Below, in pieces: positions 18,738 to 28,256 of a stretch of DNA of 64,000 nucleotides (the stretch's first letter is position 1; each line of letters begins with the position of its first letter). Origin of the DNA: an uncultured Acidobacteriaceae bacterium (GTDB taxonomy: Bacteria; Acidobacteriota; Terriglobia; Terriglobales; Acidobacteriaceae); contig CAXTBI010000007.1 in the NCBI GenBank assembly GCA_964242195.1, forward strand, positions 6 to 64,005. Direction: 5' to 3'. The notes below the pieces were generated by a model. That model searched no databases. It was not told the origin of the DNA and was given only the letters and a program-made list of their open reading frames with translations. The translations under genes were made by a program, and so were the position numbers.

Positions 18738-20894
18738 ATGCATGGATTTTCCGAGCATCAACTGCTCGGCGCCTTTCTGGCGATCGCCGTTGTTCTGCTC
18801 GCCGCGCGCAGCATGGCTGAAGTCAGCCGCCGGCTTGGGCAGCCCGAAGTTCTGGGTGAACTTCTGGGTGGATTCTTGATTGGTCCCTCTATCCTGGGCG
18901 CTTTGTTCCCGTCCGCCTTCGGTTCGTTGTTTTTGAATCCTTCCGTTTCCATGGCACTGCAGTTACTGTCCTGGATCGGGGCCATCCTCCTGTTGATGAT
19001 CGCGGGCATGGAGGCAGATCTAGCCATTCTTAAGCAAAAAGCTGTGCCCGGCCTGCTTGCCGCGGCCGGGGCAATGGGCGCGGCGATCGGCGTCGGCACG
19101 GAAATTGGTGTGAAGTTCTTCCACCAGGACCCAACCAGTGCGTTCTTTTTGGGCCTGGTGTTGTCGGTGACTGCTGTCAGCGTTGTCGCCAAGCTGCTGA
19201 TCGAACGTGAAGCGCTCCGCCGCGACTATGCCCAGGTCATGTTGGCGGCCGGAATTGCCAGTGAAGTCGTGGTTTGGCCTCTGATTTCCATCGTGTCTTC
19301 CGTGCAGCACAACGCAAATCCGTTCGCCGCCGGGCTTCGCGCTACGGGCCTGGCCATCCTCTTTTTCGCGTTCATGTTCACCTTGGGCCGCCGCTTTACC
19401 TTTTGGGCGATGCGCCGCGTTGCGGACGTAATCACTGTTCCCAACAGCGAATTGTCGCTGATTCTGATCCTGCTTTGCATCTCCGCGGCGGCAACGACGC
19501 TGATGGGCCTGCACCCCTTACTTGGCGCGTTCGTTTTCGGTGTTCTGCTCAGCAAGGCTCCGCGCGCCACCCCTGCGCTCAAAGAACGTATCCAGGCCCT
19601 TGCCATCGCCTTGTTTGCACCTATTTTTTTCGGGCTCGCCGGGATGCGCGTCAACCTATTCAAGTTACGGGGCGTGCAATCCATAGAGGGGATACTGATT
19701 CTTCTCGTTGTGGCCGGATTGGCCAAGGTGATCCTGGGCTCGCTGGGCGCGTCTGCGGGCAAGCTACCACCCTGGGAGGCCGCAACGGTCGGCGTCGGCC
19801 TGAACTTAAAAGGTGGAACCGATGTCGTCATCGCCATTGTAGGTACTGAGCTCTCCCTCCTGTCATCTGACCTCTACACGGCTTATGCAGTCGTAGCCAT
19901 TCTCACGGTTGTGATCTCGCCGCCAGCGATACGGTGGATGGCCGCGAAAACCCGTCCTGGCGAAGTTGAACTGAAGCGTCTGAATCGTGAAGAGGCCCGA
20001 AAGCTCGCGTATTTCGCGGGTTGTGAGCGCGTCCTGCTGCCCATGATTTCCGAATTCCTGCCGGCTCATTCGGCCATGCTGGCTTCAGCGATCGCGGCCG
20101 GAAAACATGCGGAAGGCGAACTGTTCGATCTCACGGAATTGTCCTTCGACCAGGACACGTCGCTCACCCGTGCCGCCACACCGGATGAAATTGTGCGGGC
20201 GTCCAGTACCCTCTCGCATGCTTCGGATTATGAGCACGTCGGTCTGGAGCGTATCGCTTCAACAGCCGAGGACCGCTACGCCGCCGTGGAAGCGGCAGCC
20301 GTGGGGCAGCACCTTCTCATGCTGGGAACCACGGGGGTCACCGGCGATGTCGCTCTCAGCTTCGGCCCCGCGCAGGACCGCCTTGTTCGCGAGTGCACCA
20401 CGGACATCCTTCTAACTGTTTTTGCGGGCACTGAAGCGCCCTCCATTCGACGAATCCTTGTCCCTGTCAATGGATTGGCGCACTCGCTGGCGGCTGCGGA
20501 TGTGGCGGGCTACCTTGCCAAGGGCAGCGGCGCGGAGGTCGTTCTGCTCACCGTTGTCTCCCCGCGCCAGGGCTCGACGTTCTGGAGCAGGCGCAAGCAT
20601 GAGGACCATCGGCAAGCGGGTTATGCCACCACGGGTGAGGCAAAAACTCGGCTCGCGCGGCTGGAAATCCAACTTACCGAAAAAGTCGTTCTGTCCGAAA
20701 ATGTCGCCGAGGCGACACTCGCGGAATTGAATGCAAATTCGTATGACATGCTTTTCCTGGGCAGCGTAAAGCGTTTTAGTGGGCAAGGCATATCGCTTGG
20801 ACGAACAGTGGAAAGTCTGCTGCAGGCGGCTCAGCTTCCCAGTACCGTACTGATCTCAGGCGCACCCGAGGCCTCCGCGAACGGCTCCGCGTGA
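18738..20894 (+). CDS. CPA2 cation:proton antiporter fused to universal-stress-protein domains
   Basis: GQPEVLGELLGG; about 12 TMs; FAPIFF; C-terminal ERVLLP and RRILVPVNG..S USP-like motifs. Confidence 0.88.
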   Translation: MHGFSEHQLLGAFLAIAVVLLAARSMAEVSRRLGQPEVLGELLGGFLIGPSILGALFPSAFGSLFLNPSVSMALQLLSWIGAILLLMIAGMEADLAILKQKAVPGLLAAAGAMGAAIGVGTEIGVKFFHQDPTSAFFLGLVLSVTAVSVVAKLLIEREALRRDYAQVMLAAGIASEVVVWPLISIVSSVQHNANPFAAGLRATGLAILFFAFMFTLGRRFTFWAMRRVADVITVPNSELSLILILLCISAAATTLMGLHPLLGAFVFGVLLSKAPRATPALKERIQALAIALFAPIFFGLAGMRVNLFKLRGVQSIEGILILLVVAGLAKVILGSLGASAGKLPPWEAATVGVGLNLKGGTDVVIAIVGTELSLLSSDLYTAYAVVAILTVVISPPAIRWMAAKTRPGEVELKRLNREEARKLAYFAGCERVLLPMISEFLPAHSAMLASAIAAGKHAEGELFDLTELSFDQDTSLTRAATPDEIVRASSTLSHASDYEHVGLERIASTAEDRYAAVEAAAVGQHLLMLGTTGVTGDVALSFGPAQDRLVRECTTDILLTVFAGTEAPSIRRILVPVNGLAHSLAAADVAGYLAKGSGAEVVLLTVVSPRQGSTFWSRRKHEDHRQAGYATTGEAKTRLARLEIQLTEKVVLSENVAEATLAELNANSYDMLFLGSVKRFSGQGISLGRTVESLLQAAQLPSTVLISGAPEASANGSA

Positions 20895-21144
20895 GGCAAA
20901 TAGGGCGGTCCTGCACAAGAACAATTGCGATAGATCTGCCTGTAAGTCGGCGAGAAGTTCTAAGCGCCTGTGGATGGTCAAACAGATCGGGGCACGGCGG
21001 TACGAAGTACATCCTAGTATTCCTCAAGAAACTCGATAGGGGTATACCACTTAAGTCTCAGGCATCCGACCATCCGTTCGTTCCCTATCCGCGTTACTTC
21101 TGTACAAGGTCGAGTGATTGAGTTCGACCTTAGGGAGATGTGCA

Positions 21145-22053
21145 GTGGAACGAAATCTGACGCAATTAGTAGACAAGGCGCTTTCCCGTCGCGGCTTCCT
21201 CGCCGGCGCGGGTGCCTTGGCGGCGGGAACAGCCGTCGCCGGATGCAGCAACAGCGGGCCGGCAACGACCCCCGTGGTGCCTACAGTTACACCCTTCACG
21301 GATGCGGATTATCTAAATTTCGCTCTGAATCTGGAGTACCTGGAAGCTGAGTTCTACTTGCGCGCCGCCACGGGCACAGGCCTTTCCGCTGCAGATACCG
21401 GCAACGCCACCAGCAAGACCACGGGCGGCGCACAGGTTCCCGGCCTGACGCCGATTCAAACGATGTACATCAACGAGATCGCGCAGAACGAGTTGGATCA
21501 CGTGCGCTTCCTGCGCGCCGCTCTCGGCTCCTCCGCACAGCCGGCCCCGGCCATCGACCTCACCGCCAGCTTCAACACCTTGTCCATGGCAGCCGGTCTC
21601 GGCGCTACGTTCAACCCGTTTGCCAATTACAACAACTACCTCATCGGCGCGTTCATTTTTGAGGATGTCGGTGTAACGGCGTACCACGGTGCCGCGACCC
21701 TGCTTACCAGCAAAGTGTATCTGGCTGCCGCCGCGGAAATCATGGCGGTCGAGGCCTATCACGCCGCTTCGATCCGTTCGCAGATCGTCGCCGCCTCGCA
21801 AGGTGCCAGCGGAACGACATTGGTGAGTATTGCCAACGCCGTAGAGTCCGTTCGCGCCAACCTGGGCGGCGGCAACGAAACCACGCTCAGCGCCACCGGC
21901 ATCGTCGCAGCCGACGCCACCAACTCGATTGCCTTCAAGCGCACCACGGACCAGGTGCTGCACATCGTTTACGGCAACGTCGCGGTTGGCACAAAGAGCG
22001 GCGTGTTCTTCCCCAATGGCCTCAACGGCAACATCAGCGTCACCACCACGTAA
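21145..22053 (+). CDS. Ferritin-like (Ferritin_2, desiccation-related protein-like) Tat lipoprotein
   Basis: SRRGFL Tat motif and VAGC lipobox; LNFALNLEYLEAEFY, ELDHV, FEDVGVTAY, VEAYHA. GTG 21145 follows GGGAG. Confidence 0.85.
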   Translation: MERNLTQLVDKALSRRGFLAGAGALAAGTAVAGCSNSGPATTPVVPTVTPFTDADYLNFALNLEYLEAEFYLRAATGTGLSAADTGNATSKTTGGAQVPGLTPIQTMYINEIAQNELDHVRFLRAALGSSAQPAPAIDLTASFNTLSMAAGLGATFNPFANYNNYLIGAFIFEDVGVTAYHGAATLLTSKVYLAAAAEIMAVEAYHAASIRSQIVAASQGASGTTLVSIANAVESVRANLGGGNETTLSATGIVAADATNSIAFKRTTDQVLHIVYGNVAVGTKSGVFFPNGLNGNISVTTT

Positions 22054-22065
22054 GGGACGAAAATC

Positions 22066-23106
22066 ATGGCTACGTTAGAAACACAGCAATTAGATGAAGT
22101 CATCGCAAGCAGCCGCCGACGGATGCTGACCCTGGGTGGCGCAGCGCTGGCAGGCCTTGCCCTGACCTCCGTCGTGCAGGCTCAAACCACGCTCACCGAC
22201 GCCGACTACCTGAATTTCGCGTTGAACCTCGAGTACCTGGAAGCGGAGTTCTACACCCTTGCCGTCACCGGACAAACCATCGACCAGGTCGGGCTTGGGC
22301 TTACCGGCACAGGCACCCAGGGTACGGTGATCACCAAGCCCGGTGGCCCAACGGCTTGCCAGGTTCCTTTTGCCATCGATCTCGTAAAGAGCTACGCGAC
22401 GGAAACCGCCAAGGAAGAGCGCAATCACGTGAACTTCCTGCGTGGGGCCTTGGGCGCGGCGGCGGTAGCGCAGCCGCAGCTCGATCTGTACAACAGCTTC
22501 AACGCCCTTGCCGGACTTCTAAATATTCCCGGCCTCACCTCGTTCGATCCGTTCGCGGATGATGCGAGTTTCCTGCTCGGCTCGTACATCTTCGAGGATG
22601 TCGGCGTGACCGCGTACACGGGCGCAGCCCCGGCCCTCACGGTGGCGGCGAACCTGGACGCCGCTGCCGGCATTCAAGCGGTAGAGGCATACCATGCGGG
22701 TCTGATTCGCACCACCATTTTTGGTTTGGATCAAATGCCGAACACCGTGAAGTCCGCGGGCGGCACCGTTCCGGCGGGTACGCTGCGGGCCGTGACTACG
22801 GCTATCTCAAAGCTGCGCGCCTCCGTCGACGGAACCAACCTGACCTCGCAGACCCGCACCAGCGGCGACGATCTGGGCGTGGGGATGCAGATGGTTGCCC
22901 TCAACACAACCACCATGAACCTGATGGCGAGTTCCTTGGTAGACGCCACCACGACGAGCTCCATCAACGCCCCGAGCAGTACAGGAACGGCCGGTTCGCT
23001 GGTCTTCTCCCGTACCGCGCCGCAGGTGCTGCGCATTGTGTACGCCAATCCGGCTGGAACCCCGGGAGGCTTCTTCCCGGCGGGCCTCAACGGCAACGTC
23101 AAGTAA
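22066..23106 (+). CDS. Ferritin-like (Ferritin_2) Tat-exported protein, paralog of the upstream gene
   Basis: SRRRML signal; same LNFALNLEYLEAEFY, ERNHV, FEDVGVTAY and VEAYHA motifs. Confidence 0.87.
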   Translation: MATLETQQLDEVIASSRRRMLTLGGAALAGLALTSVVQAQTTLTDADYLNFALNLEYLEAEFYTLAVTGQTIDQVGLGLTGTGTQGTVITKPGGPTACQVPFAIDLVKSYATETAKEERNHVNFLRGALGAAAVAQPQLDLYNSFNALAGLLNIPGLTSFDPFADDASFLLGSYIFEDVGVTAYTGAAPALTVAANLDAAAGIQAVEAYHAGLIRTTIFGLDQMPNTVKSAGGTVPAGTLRAVTTAISKLRASVDGTNLTSQTRTSGDDLGVGMQMVALNTTTMNLMASSLVDATTTSSINAPSSTGTAGSLVFSRTAPQVLRIVYANPAGTPGGFFPAGLNGNVK

Positions 23107-23122
23107 ATACGCCGTAGCCGTG

Positions 23123-23153
23123 AAAGGGGACGCTCTCAGGAGCGTCCCCTTTT
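23123..23153 (+). terminator. Intrinsic terminator (possibly bidirectional)
   Basis: AAAGGGGACGCTC-TCAG-GAGCGTCCCCTTTT right after the ferritin-like pair. Confidence 0.85.
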
Positions 23154-23415
23154 GTACTGGCTATCAGAATGGTCGTCCCGACCGCAGCACACAATTTCCT
23201 CATTCGCGAAATGGCGATGCTTGTAATTTCGTCCGTAGTCCTGTCAATTTTGTGCAGTACCCGACAAATTGCCGGGGTCTCTCCATTTCGGCTTTGCTTC
23301 GGTGGCGATGGCGCCTTTATACCCCCAGAACCGCCGCTGAAGCTGGAGATCGTTCCCTTCTTTCCGTGTAAGTGAATTCCCTGTGCTCGTAATCATCCCG
23401 CTATACTAGCGAGTT

Positions 23416-24228
23416 ATGAATCCAAACAAGGCGTTGTGGGAGAAAGGCGACTTCACGGCCATCGCGGCGATGATGCGCGAAGCAGGTGAATCTTTTGTGA
23501 ACACGCTGAGTGTTTCGCCGGGCATGATGGTGTTGGATCTGGGATGCGGAGATGGAACGACCGCCATTCCGCTCGCGCAAATGGGAGCGGTTGTGACGGG
23601 CATCGACATTGCGCGCAACCTGGTGGCGGCTGGAAACCGACGTGCGGCGGTGCTCGGTCTGAGGAACATAACGTTTCAGGAAGGCGATGCTTGTCACCTG
23701 GAAGGCGTCGCGGATGGTTCCTTCGATTTGTCGCTGTCCGTGTTCGGGGCGATGTTTGCGCCCAAGCCCTTCGATGTGGCCAAGGAGATGGTGCGCGTGA
23801 CCAAGCCGGGCGGACGGGTGGTCATGGGTAATTGGATCCCAAACGACCCAACCTTCGTGGCGCAGGTACTGAAGATCAGCTCGGCGTTTACACCACCTCC
23901 GCCGGACGGCTTCGTGAGCCCGATGACCTGGGGCTTGGAGGCACATGTTGTGGAGCGTTTTGAGCAGGCGGGCGTAGCAAAGCACAACATCTCGATGATC
24001 AAGGACACATTTCTGTTGCGCGCGCCAGACAAGAGTCCAGCGGAAGTGATCCAGGTTTTCCGTAACTTCTACGGCCCCACCCTAAATGCCTTTGAGGCTG
24101 CCGACAAGACGGGAAACGCGAACCAGCTAAATGATCAATTGATCGCGCTGGCTGAGGCGCAGAACATAAAGTCGGGCGGCGGTACAGAGATTCCGGCGAC
24201 ATTCCTGCAGGTAACGGTGAACGTTTAG
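23416..24228 (+). CDS. Class I SAM-dependent methyltransferase
   Basis: VLDLGCGDG; FQEGDA; SVFGAMFAP; RVTKPGG. Confidence 0.92.
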   Translation: MNPNKALWEKGDFTAIAAMMREAGESFVNTLSVSPGMMVLDLGCGDGTTAIPLAQMGAVVTGIDIARNLVAAGNRRAAVLGLRNITFQEGDACHLEGVADGSFDLSLSVFGAMFAPKPFDVAKEMVRVTKPGGRVVMGNWIPNDPTFVAQVLKISSAFTPPPPDGFVSPMTWGLEAHVVERFEQAGVAKHNISMIKDTFLLRAPDKSPAEVIQVFRNFYGPTLNAFEAADKTGNANQLNDQLIALAEAQNIKSGGGTEIPATFLQVTVNV

Positions 24229-24230
24229 GG

Positions 24231-24365
24231 TGTCATCCCCTCCTGGGTTTGTCATCCCCACCTGCAGTTGTCATCCCGTAGCCCAGCGAAGGGATCGGCT
24301 TTCCCCTCAAGCGCCGCAGCACTCTGCCGAACCAGCAGATTCCTCCACTACGCTGCGGATGACAA
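24231..24365. repeat. REP-like palindromic element with TGTCATCC/GGATGACA ends, plus two extra left-end copies
   Basis: TTGTCATCC (24268-24276) and GGATGACAA (24357-24365) form a perfect inverted repeat. TGTCATCCCC also occurs at 24231 and 24250. Lies between convergent genes. Confidence 0.7.
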
Positions 24366-24427
24366 TCCACAAAGAGCCATCCAGAGGAAGACATCCAGGA
24401 GGGACCTGCACCTGCGGTCCAACTAGA

Positions 24428-26473
24428 CTAAAGCTCCATCGCGTGTTCCGCGATCGATGTTTTGGCCCGTTCCACAAAGTCGGCCACGCTGCTGGAGCCC
24501 TGATCCCCTTTGCCCCGCACCCGCACACTCACCGAATCCGTTTGCATTTCCTTATCGCCCACCACAAGAATGAATGGAACCTTCGCCAAGCCGAAATCGC
24601 GGATTTTGGCCTGCATCTTGCCGTTGGAGTCGTCCAGTTCAACACGCAGCCCGGCCGCGGCCAAACGTTGTTTCACGGTTTCCGCATACGTCAGGTGTTT
24701 CTCATTTGAAATCGGCACCAGGCCGACCTGTACCGGCGCCAGCCACAGGGGGAACGCCCCGGCATAGTGCTCGATCAGCACGCCAAAAAAGCGTTCGACG
24801 GAGCCGAACAAGGCACGATGCACCATGACGGGCTGATGCCGCTCGCCATCCTCGCCCACGTACTCCAGATCAAAGCGCTGCGGCAGATTGAAGTCGAACT
24901 GCACGGTGCTGAGCTGCCACAATCGGCCGAGCACATCGACGAGCTTGATGTCGATTTTGGGACCGTAAAAGGCGGCCTCCCCCGGAAAGCTTTGAAAGCT
25001 CAAACCGCGGCGGGTCAGCACATCGCGCAGCGCACCTTCCGCATGCGCCCAATCCTCATCCGTACCCACAAAATCGCCGGCTTTGTGCGGATCGCGTGTC
25101 GAAAGCTCGACACGATATTCGTTGAACCCGAACGTTTTCAGCACCGCCTCGGCGAAGTCCAGACAGGCCTCGATTTCGCCGGTGATTTGCTTCGGGGTGC
25201 AGAAAATGTGGGCATCGTCCTGGGTGAAGCCGCGCACGCGCAGCAGCCCGTGCATGGTGCCGGAGCGCTCATAACGATACACATTGCCCAACTCGGCATA
25301 GCGCTGGGGCAGATCGCGGTAGCTTTTGGGCGTGGACTTGTAAATCAGGATGTGGCCGGGGCAATTCATCGGCTTCAGCCGGTATTCGGCGTCGTCCAGT
25401 TCCATCGGCGGGTACATGTTTTCGCTGTAAAAACCCTCGTGGCCGGAGATTTTCCAAAGTTCGCGGCGCATGATGTGCGGCGTGTACACCAGCGAGTAGC
25501 CACGCCGGACGCACTCATCCCGCATCCAGTCTTCCATTGTTTTGCGAATCAGGCCGCCCTTGGGATGCCAGAAGATCAGACCCGCGCCGGCAACCTCCTG
25601 GATGCTGAACAGATCGAGTTGCTTGCCCAGAACGCGATGGTCGCGCGCCTTGATCTCTTCCAGGTGCTTGAAGTGCGCTTCAAGATCTTTGCCGTTGAAA
25701 AAGGCGGTCCCGTAGATGCGCTGCAGCTGCTGGTTGTCTTCCTTGCCCAGCCAATAAGCCCCGGCGATGGACATCACCTTGAACGCCTTGATGCGGCCCG
25801 TGGAGGGCACGTGCGGACCGCGGCAAAAGTCGGTGAAGTTCCCGTTTCTGTACAGCGAAATTTCGTCGCCGGGCGCGGTGAAGCGCTCGATGAAGTGCAC
25901 TTTCATGAACTCGCCGGCATCCCGATACGCGGCCAACCCCTGTTCGCGCGGTTCAACGACGTGCAGGAAGGGCTCATCGCGCTTCACGACCTCGGCCATG
26001 CGCGCTTCAATCGCTGCAAGGTCCAGTTCCGTAAAGGGAATCTCGCGGTACACGTCATAAAAAAATCCGTTTTCGGTTGCCGGTCCGTGACCGAATTTCG
26101 TTTCCGGAAAGAGTTCTGCGATCGCCGTGGCCATCACATGGGCCGCCGAGTGCCGCAGGACGCGCAGGGTAGCCGGATCGGACTCCTTCAACAACTCCAA
26201 AGCAACGTCCTCGGTCAAGGGTGCGCGCAGATCGACGAGTCGCTCGCCGGCGAGATCCGACCCGGCATACATGGCCTCCTCGGTCTGGGCGAGTTTTGCT
26301 TCGTCCTCGGCTGGCTCGGCCTGGGCTGGCGCGGTCAGCGGCTTGATACGCGCGACAACCACGACCGCGGCCAGTCGCGGCGAAATGCTGTTGGCGATGT
26401 CCAGCGGTGTGGAACCGCCGGCAACCTCGCGGATGGAGCCGTCAGGAAGCTGAATTTTTATCTGCTCGTTCAC
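24428..26473 (-). CDS. thrS: Threonine--tRNA ligase
   Basis: TGS domain IQLPDGS; editing RHSAAH and DFCRGPH; KPMNCPGH; YRYERSG; GFTQDDAH. Start inferred at GTG 26473. Confidence 0.97.
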   Translation of the reverse strand: MNEQIKIQLPDGSIREVAGGSTPLDIANSISPRLAAVVVVARIKPLTAPAQAEPAEDEAKLAQTEEAMYAGSDLAGERLVDLRAPLTEDVALELLKESDPATLRVLRHSAAHVMATAIAELFPETKFGHGPATENGFFYDVYREIPFTELDLAAIEARMAEVVKRDEPFLHVVEPREQGLAAYRDAGEFMKVHFIERFTAPGDEISLYRNGNFTDFCRGPHVPSTGRIKAFKVMSIAGAYWLGKEDNQQLQRIYGTAFFNGKDLEAHFKHLEEIKARDHRVLGKQLDLFSIQEVAGAGLIFWHPKGGLIRKTMEDWMRDECVRRGYSLVYTPHIMRRELWKISGHEGFYSENMYPPMELDDAEYRLKPMNCPGHILIYKSTPKSYRDLPQRYAELGNVYRYERSGTMHGLLRVRGFTQDDAHIFCTPKQITGEIEACLDFAEAVLKTFGFNEYRVELSTRDPHKAGDFVGTDEDWAHAEGALRDVLTRRGLSFQSFPGEAAFYGPKIDIKLVDVLGRLWQLSTVQFDFNLPQRFDLEYVGEDGERHQPVMVHRALFGSVERFFGVLIEHYAGAFPLWLAPVQVGLVPISNEKHLTYAETVKQRLAAAGLRVELDDSNGKMQAKIRDFGLAKVPFILVVGDKEMQTDSVSVRVRGKGDQGSSSVADFVERAKTSIAEHAMEL

Positions 26474-26989
26474 TGTTCTAACAGTAGACGCTGCGGTTGT
26501 TGCGTTCAAGGAGAGAGCTCGTCCAAAGAAACGCCTGTTAAGAGAACACCATAAAGGCAACGCCACGTGGACCGGTGCGGTATACGGCTTTTGCGCCACC
26601 TTTTCCCGTTCCGGCACACCCGTTGCCCAAGACGCCGCCTCCCGGCAGCGGATGGGGTCTGAGTGGGGGTCAAACGGGGTCGCATGTGCAGCTTGCGCCT
26701 GACCGAGTTGTAGCCCAAGTGGCGAAATCGCTCGATTCACGGCCAAAACCCAGGTCCCTATGAGAATCACAAAGAAAAAGCCATTAGGCAAATGTCCGCG
26801 GAGTGACGAAAAGGGAGCGAAGACACTGCCTCCGTTCGGTCCGGCGCGGCTTTTCAGAGTCAGAATGGGAAAAATACAGCCAAGGTGTGAGGTCGGAGGC
26901 GGAAGGATGCATCGTGTGGGGCGCGCCTTCGGCCTAAGTTCGAGATACCCCGATAGCCGTCTATCGAAGCGGGGCAAGGTGGATTCCCC

Positions 26990-27262
26990 ATGCAGATGCT
27001 TTGTAAAATTTCAACCGCTTACAGTGACGTACGTTGCCCGGTCTGCCAACAGGGTTTTCTGGTGTACTGGACGCGCCTGAACGCTTTTCATCGCGAAGAT
27101 CAGCGCGAACGCCTGATGGAGGGTTTGCGCCTGCACCACACCGATTGCTTGCTTTCCGACGCGCACCCACCCGCCTTCCACCTCGCCGATGGGTTCGCGG
27201 TACAGCCCTATGGCGAAACGACGGCGCCCTCCATGCCCACCCTGCTCGGCGTTTACAGCTAG
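26990..27262 (+). CDS. Small hypothetical protein with a CPVC zinc-ribbon-like motif and His residues
   Basis: 90-aa ORF in intergenic space, DVRCPVCQQGFLVYW...LHH...HP. Confidence 0.55.
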   Translation: MQMLCKISTAYSDVRCPVCQQGFLVYWTRLNAFHREDQRERLMEGLRLHHTDCLLSDAHPPAFHLADGFAVQPYGETTAPSMPTLLGVYS

Positions 27263-27378
27263 CGCCCAGCCGCAAGCGCCCGCGGCACCGGTAAACAGCT
27301 GGGCGGCAAGGCGTATGCTGCACCTTCGCTACAATGGTGAAGGCCCGGGACGTTTCCTCGGGCGGAGACACGCGTCGC

Positions 27379-28230
27379 ATGAGTTGGTTTGTTCGCAACG
27401 ATCACGAGATTCAGCCCACCCCTGACCATGAGGTCAGAACCGAAGGGCTCTGGGTCAAGTGCGATGCCTGCCGCAAACTCATTTTCAAGGCCGATCTCGA
27501 CGCCAATCTGCAGGTATGCCCATACTGCGGCAAACATTTTCGCATCTCGGCACGCGAACGGATCGATCTGCTGCTGGAGCCGGGCTACAGTATCGTGGAT
27601 ACGGGCATGCGCTCCACCGATCCGCTGGATTTTTGCGATCTGAAGCCGTACAAGACGCGGCTGTCTGAAACGCAGCGCAAGACGGGTCTCGACGACGCCG
27701 TCCTGAACGCCCTCGGCAAGATCGGCTGGGCGGACGTGGTGCTCAGTGTGATGGCGTTTGAGTTTAGCGGCGGCTCCATGGGGGCGGTCGTGGGCGAAAC
27801 CATCGCACGCGCCGCCGACCGTGCGCTGGCGGCGAAAATTCCCCTGATCATCGTCTCCGCTTCGGGCGGCGCGCGCATGCAGGAAGGCATTGTCAGCCTG
27901 ATGCAGCTGGCCAAAGTCTCGGCCGTGCTCGCGAAGCTGGATGAGGCGAAGGTACCGTACATCAGCCTGATGACCGACCCGACGACGGGCGGCATCACGG
28001 CCAGCTTTGCGATGCTGGGCGATTTAAACATCGCGGAGCCCGGCGCGCTGATCGGCTTCGCCGGACCGCGTGTGATCGAGCAAACCACGCGCCAAAAGCT
28101 GCCGGAAGGTTTCCAGCGTTCCGAGTTTCTGCTCGAGCATGGCTTTCTCGACGCCATTGTGCCGCGTAAGGACCTGAAAACCTACCTGGCACAGGCCCTG
28201 GGCTGGATGACAGCCAACAAGCCCGGGTAG
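27379..28230 (+). CDS. accD: Acetyl-CoA carboxylase carboxyltransferase beta subunit
   Basis: GLWVKCDAC and CPYC zinc finger; GGSMGAVVGE; SGGARMQEG; GFAGPRVIEQT. Confidence 0.97.
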   Translation: MSWFVRNDHEIQPTPDHEVRTEGLWVKCDACRKLIFKADLDANLQVCPYCGKHFRISARERIDLLLEPGYSIVDTGMRSTDPLDFCDLKPYKTRLSETQRKTGLDDAVLNALGKIGWADVVLSVMAFEFSGGSMGAVVGETIARAADRALAAKIPLIIVSASGGARMQEGIVSLMQLAKVSAVLAKLDEAKVPYISLMTDPTTGGITASFAMLGDLNIAEPGALIGFAGPRVIEQTTRQKLPEGFQRSEFLLEHGFLDAIVPRKDLKTYLAQALGWMTANKPG

Positions 28231-28256
28231 CGGAGCCTCGCCTCCGTTTTGGATCC

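Noticed and set aside
26558..26574. Additional parS sites (CCACGTGG core here, and a similar sequence near 6605-6621)
   Set aside because: The flanking TGTT/AACA arms are absent or mis-spaced.
26474..26977. Long N-terminal extensions in the ORF track for thrS (also dnaN, jag, ddl, pdxH, folC, yidD)
   Set aside because: Family homology starts at downstream start codons. The extensions are open-frame artefacts.
26474..26989. T-box riboswitch upstream of thrS
   Set aside because: No GGTGGNACCGCG T-box motif or terminator/antiterminator found on the minus strand.
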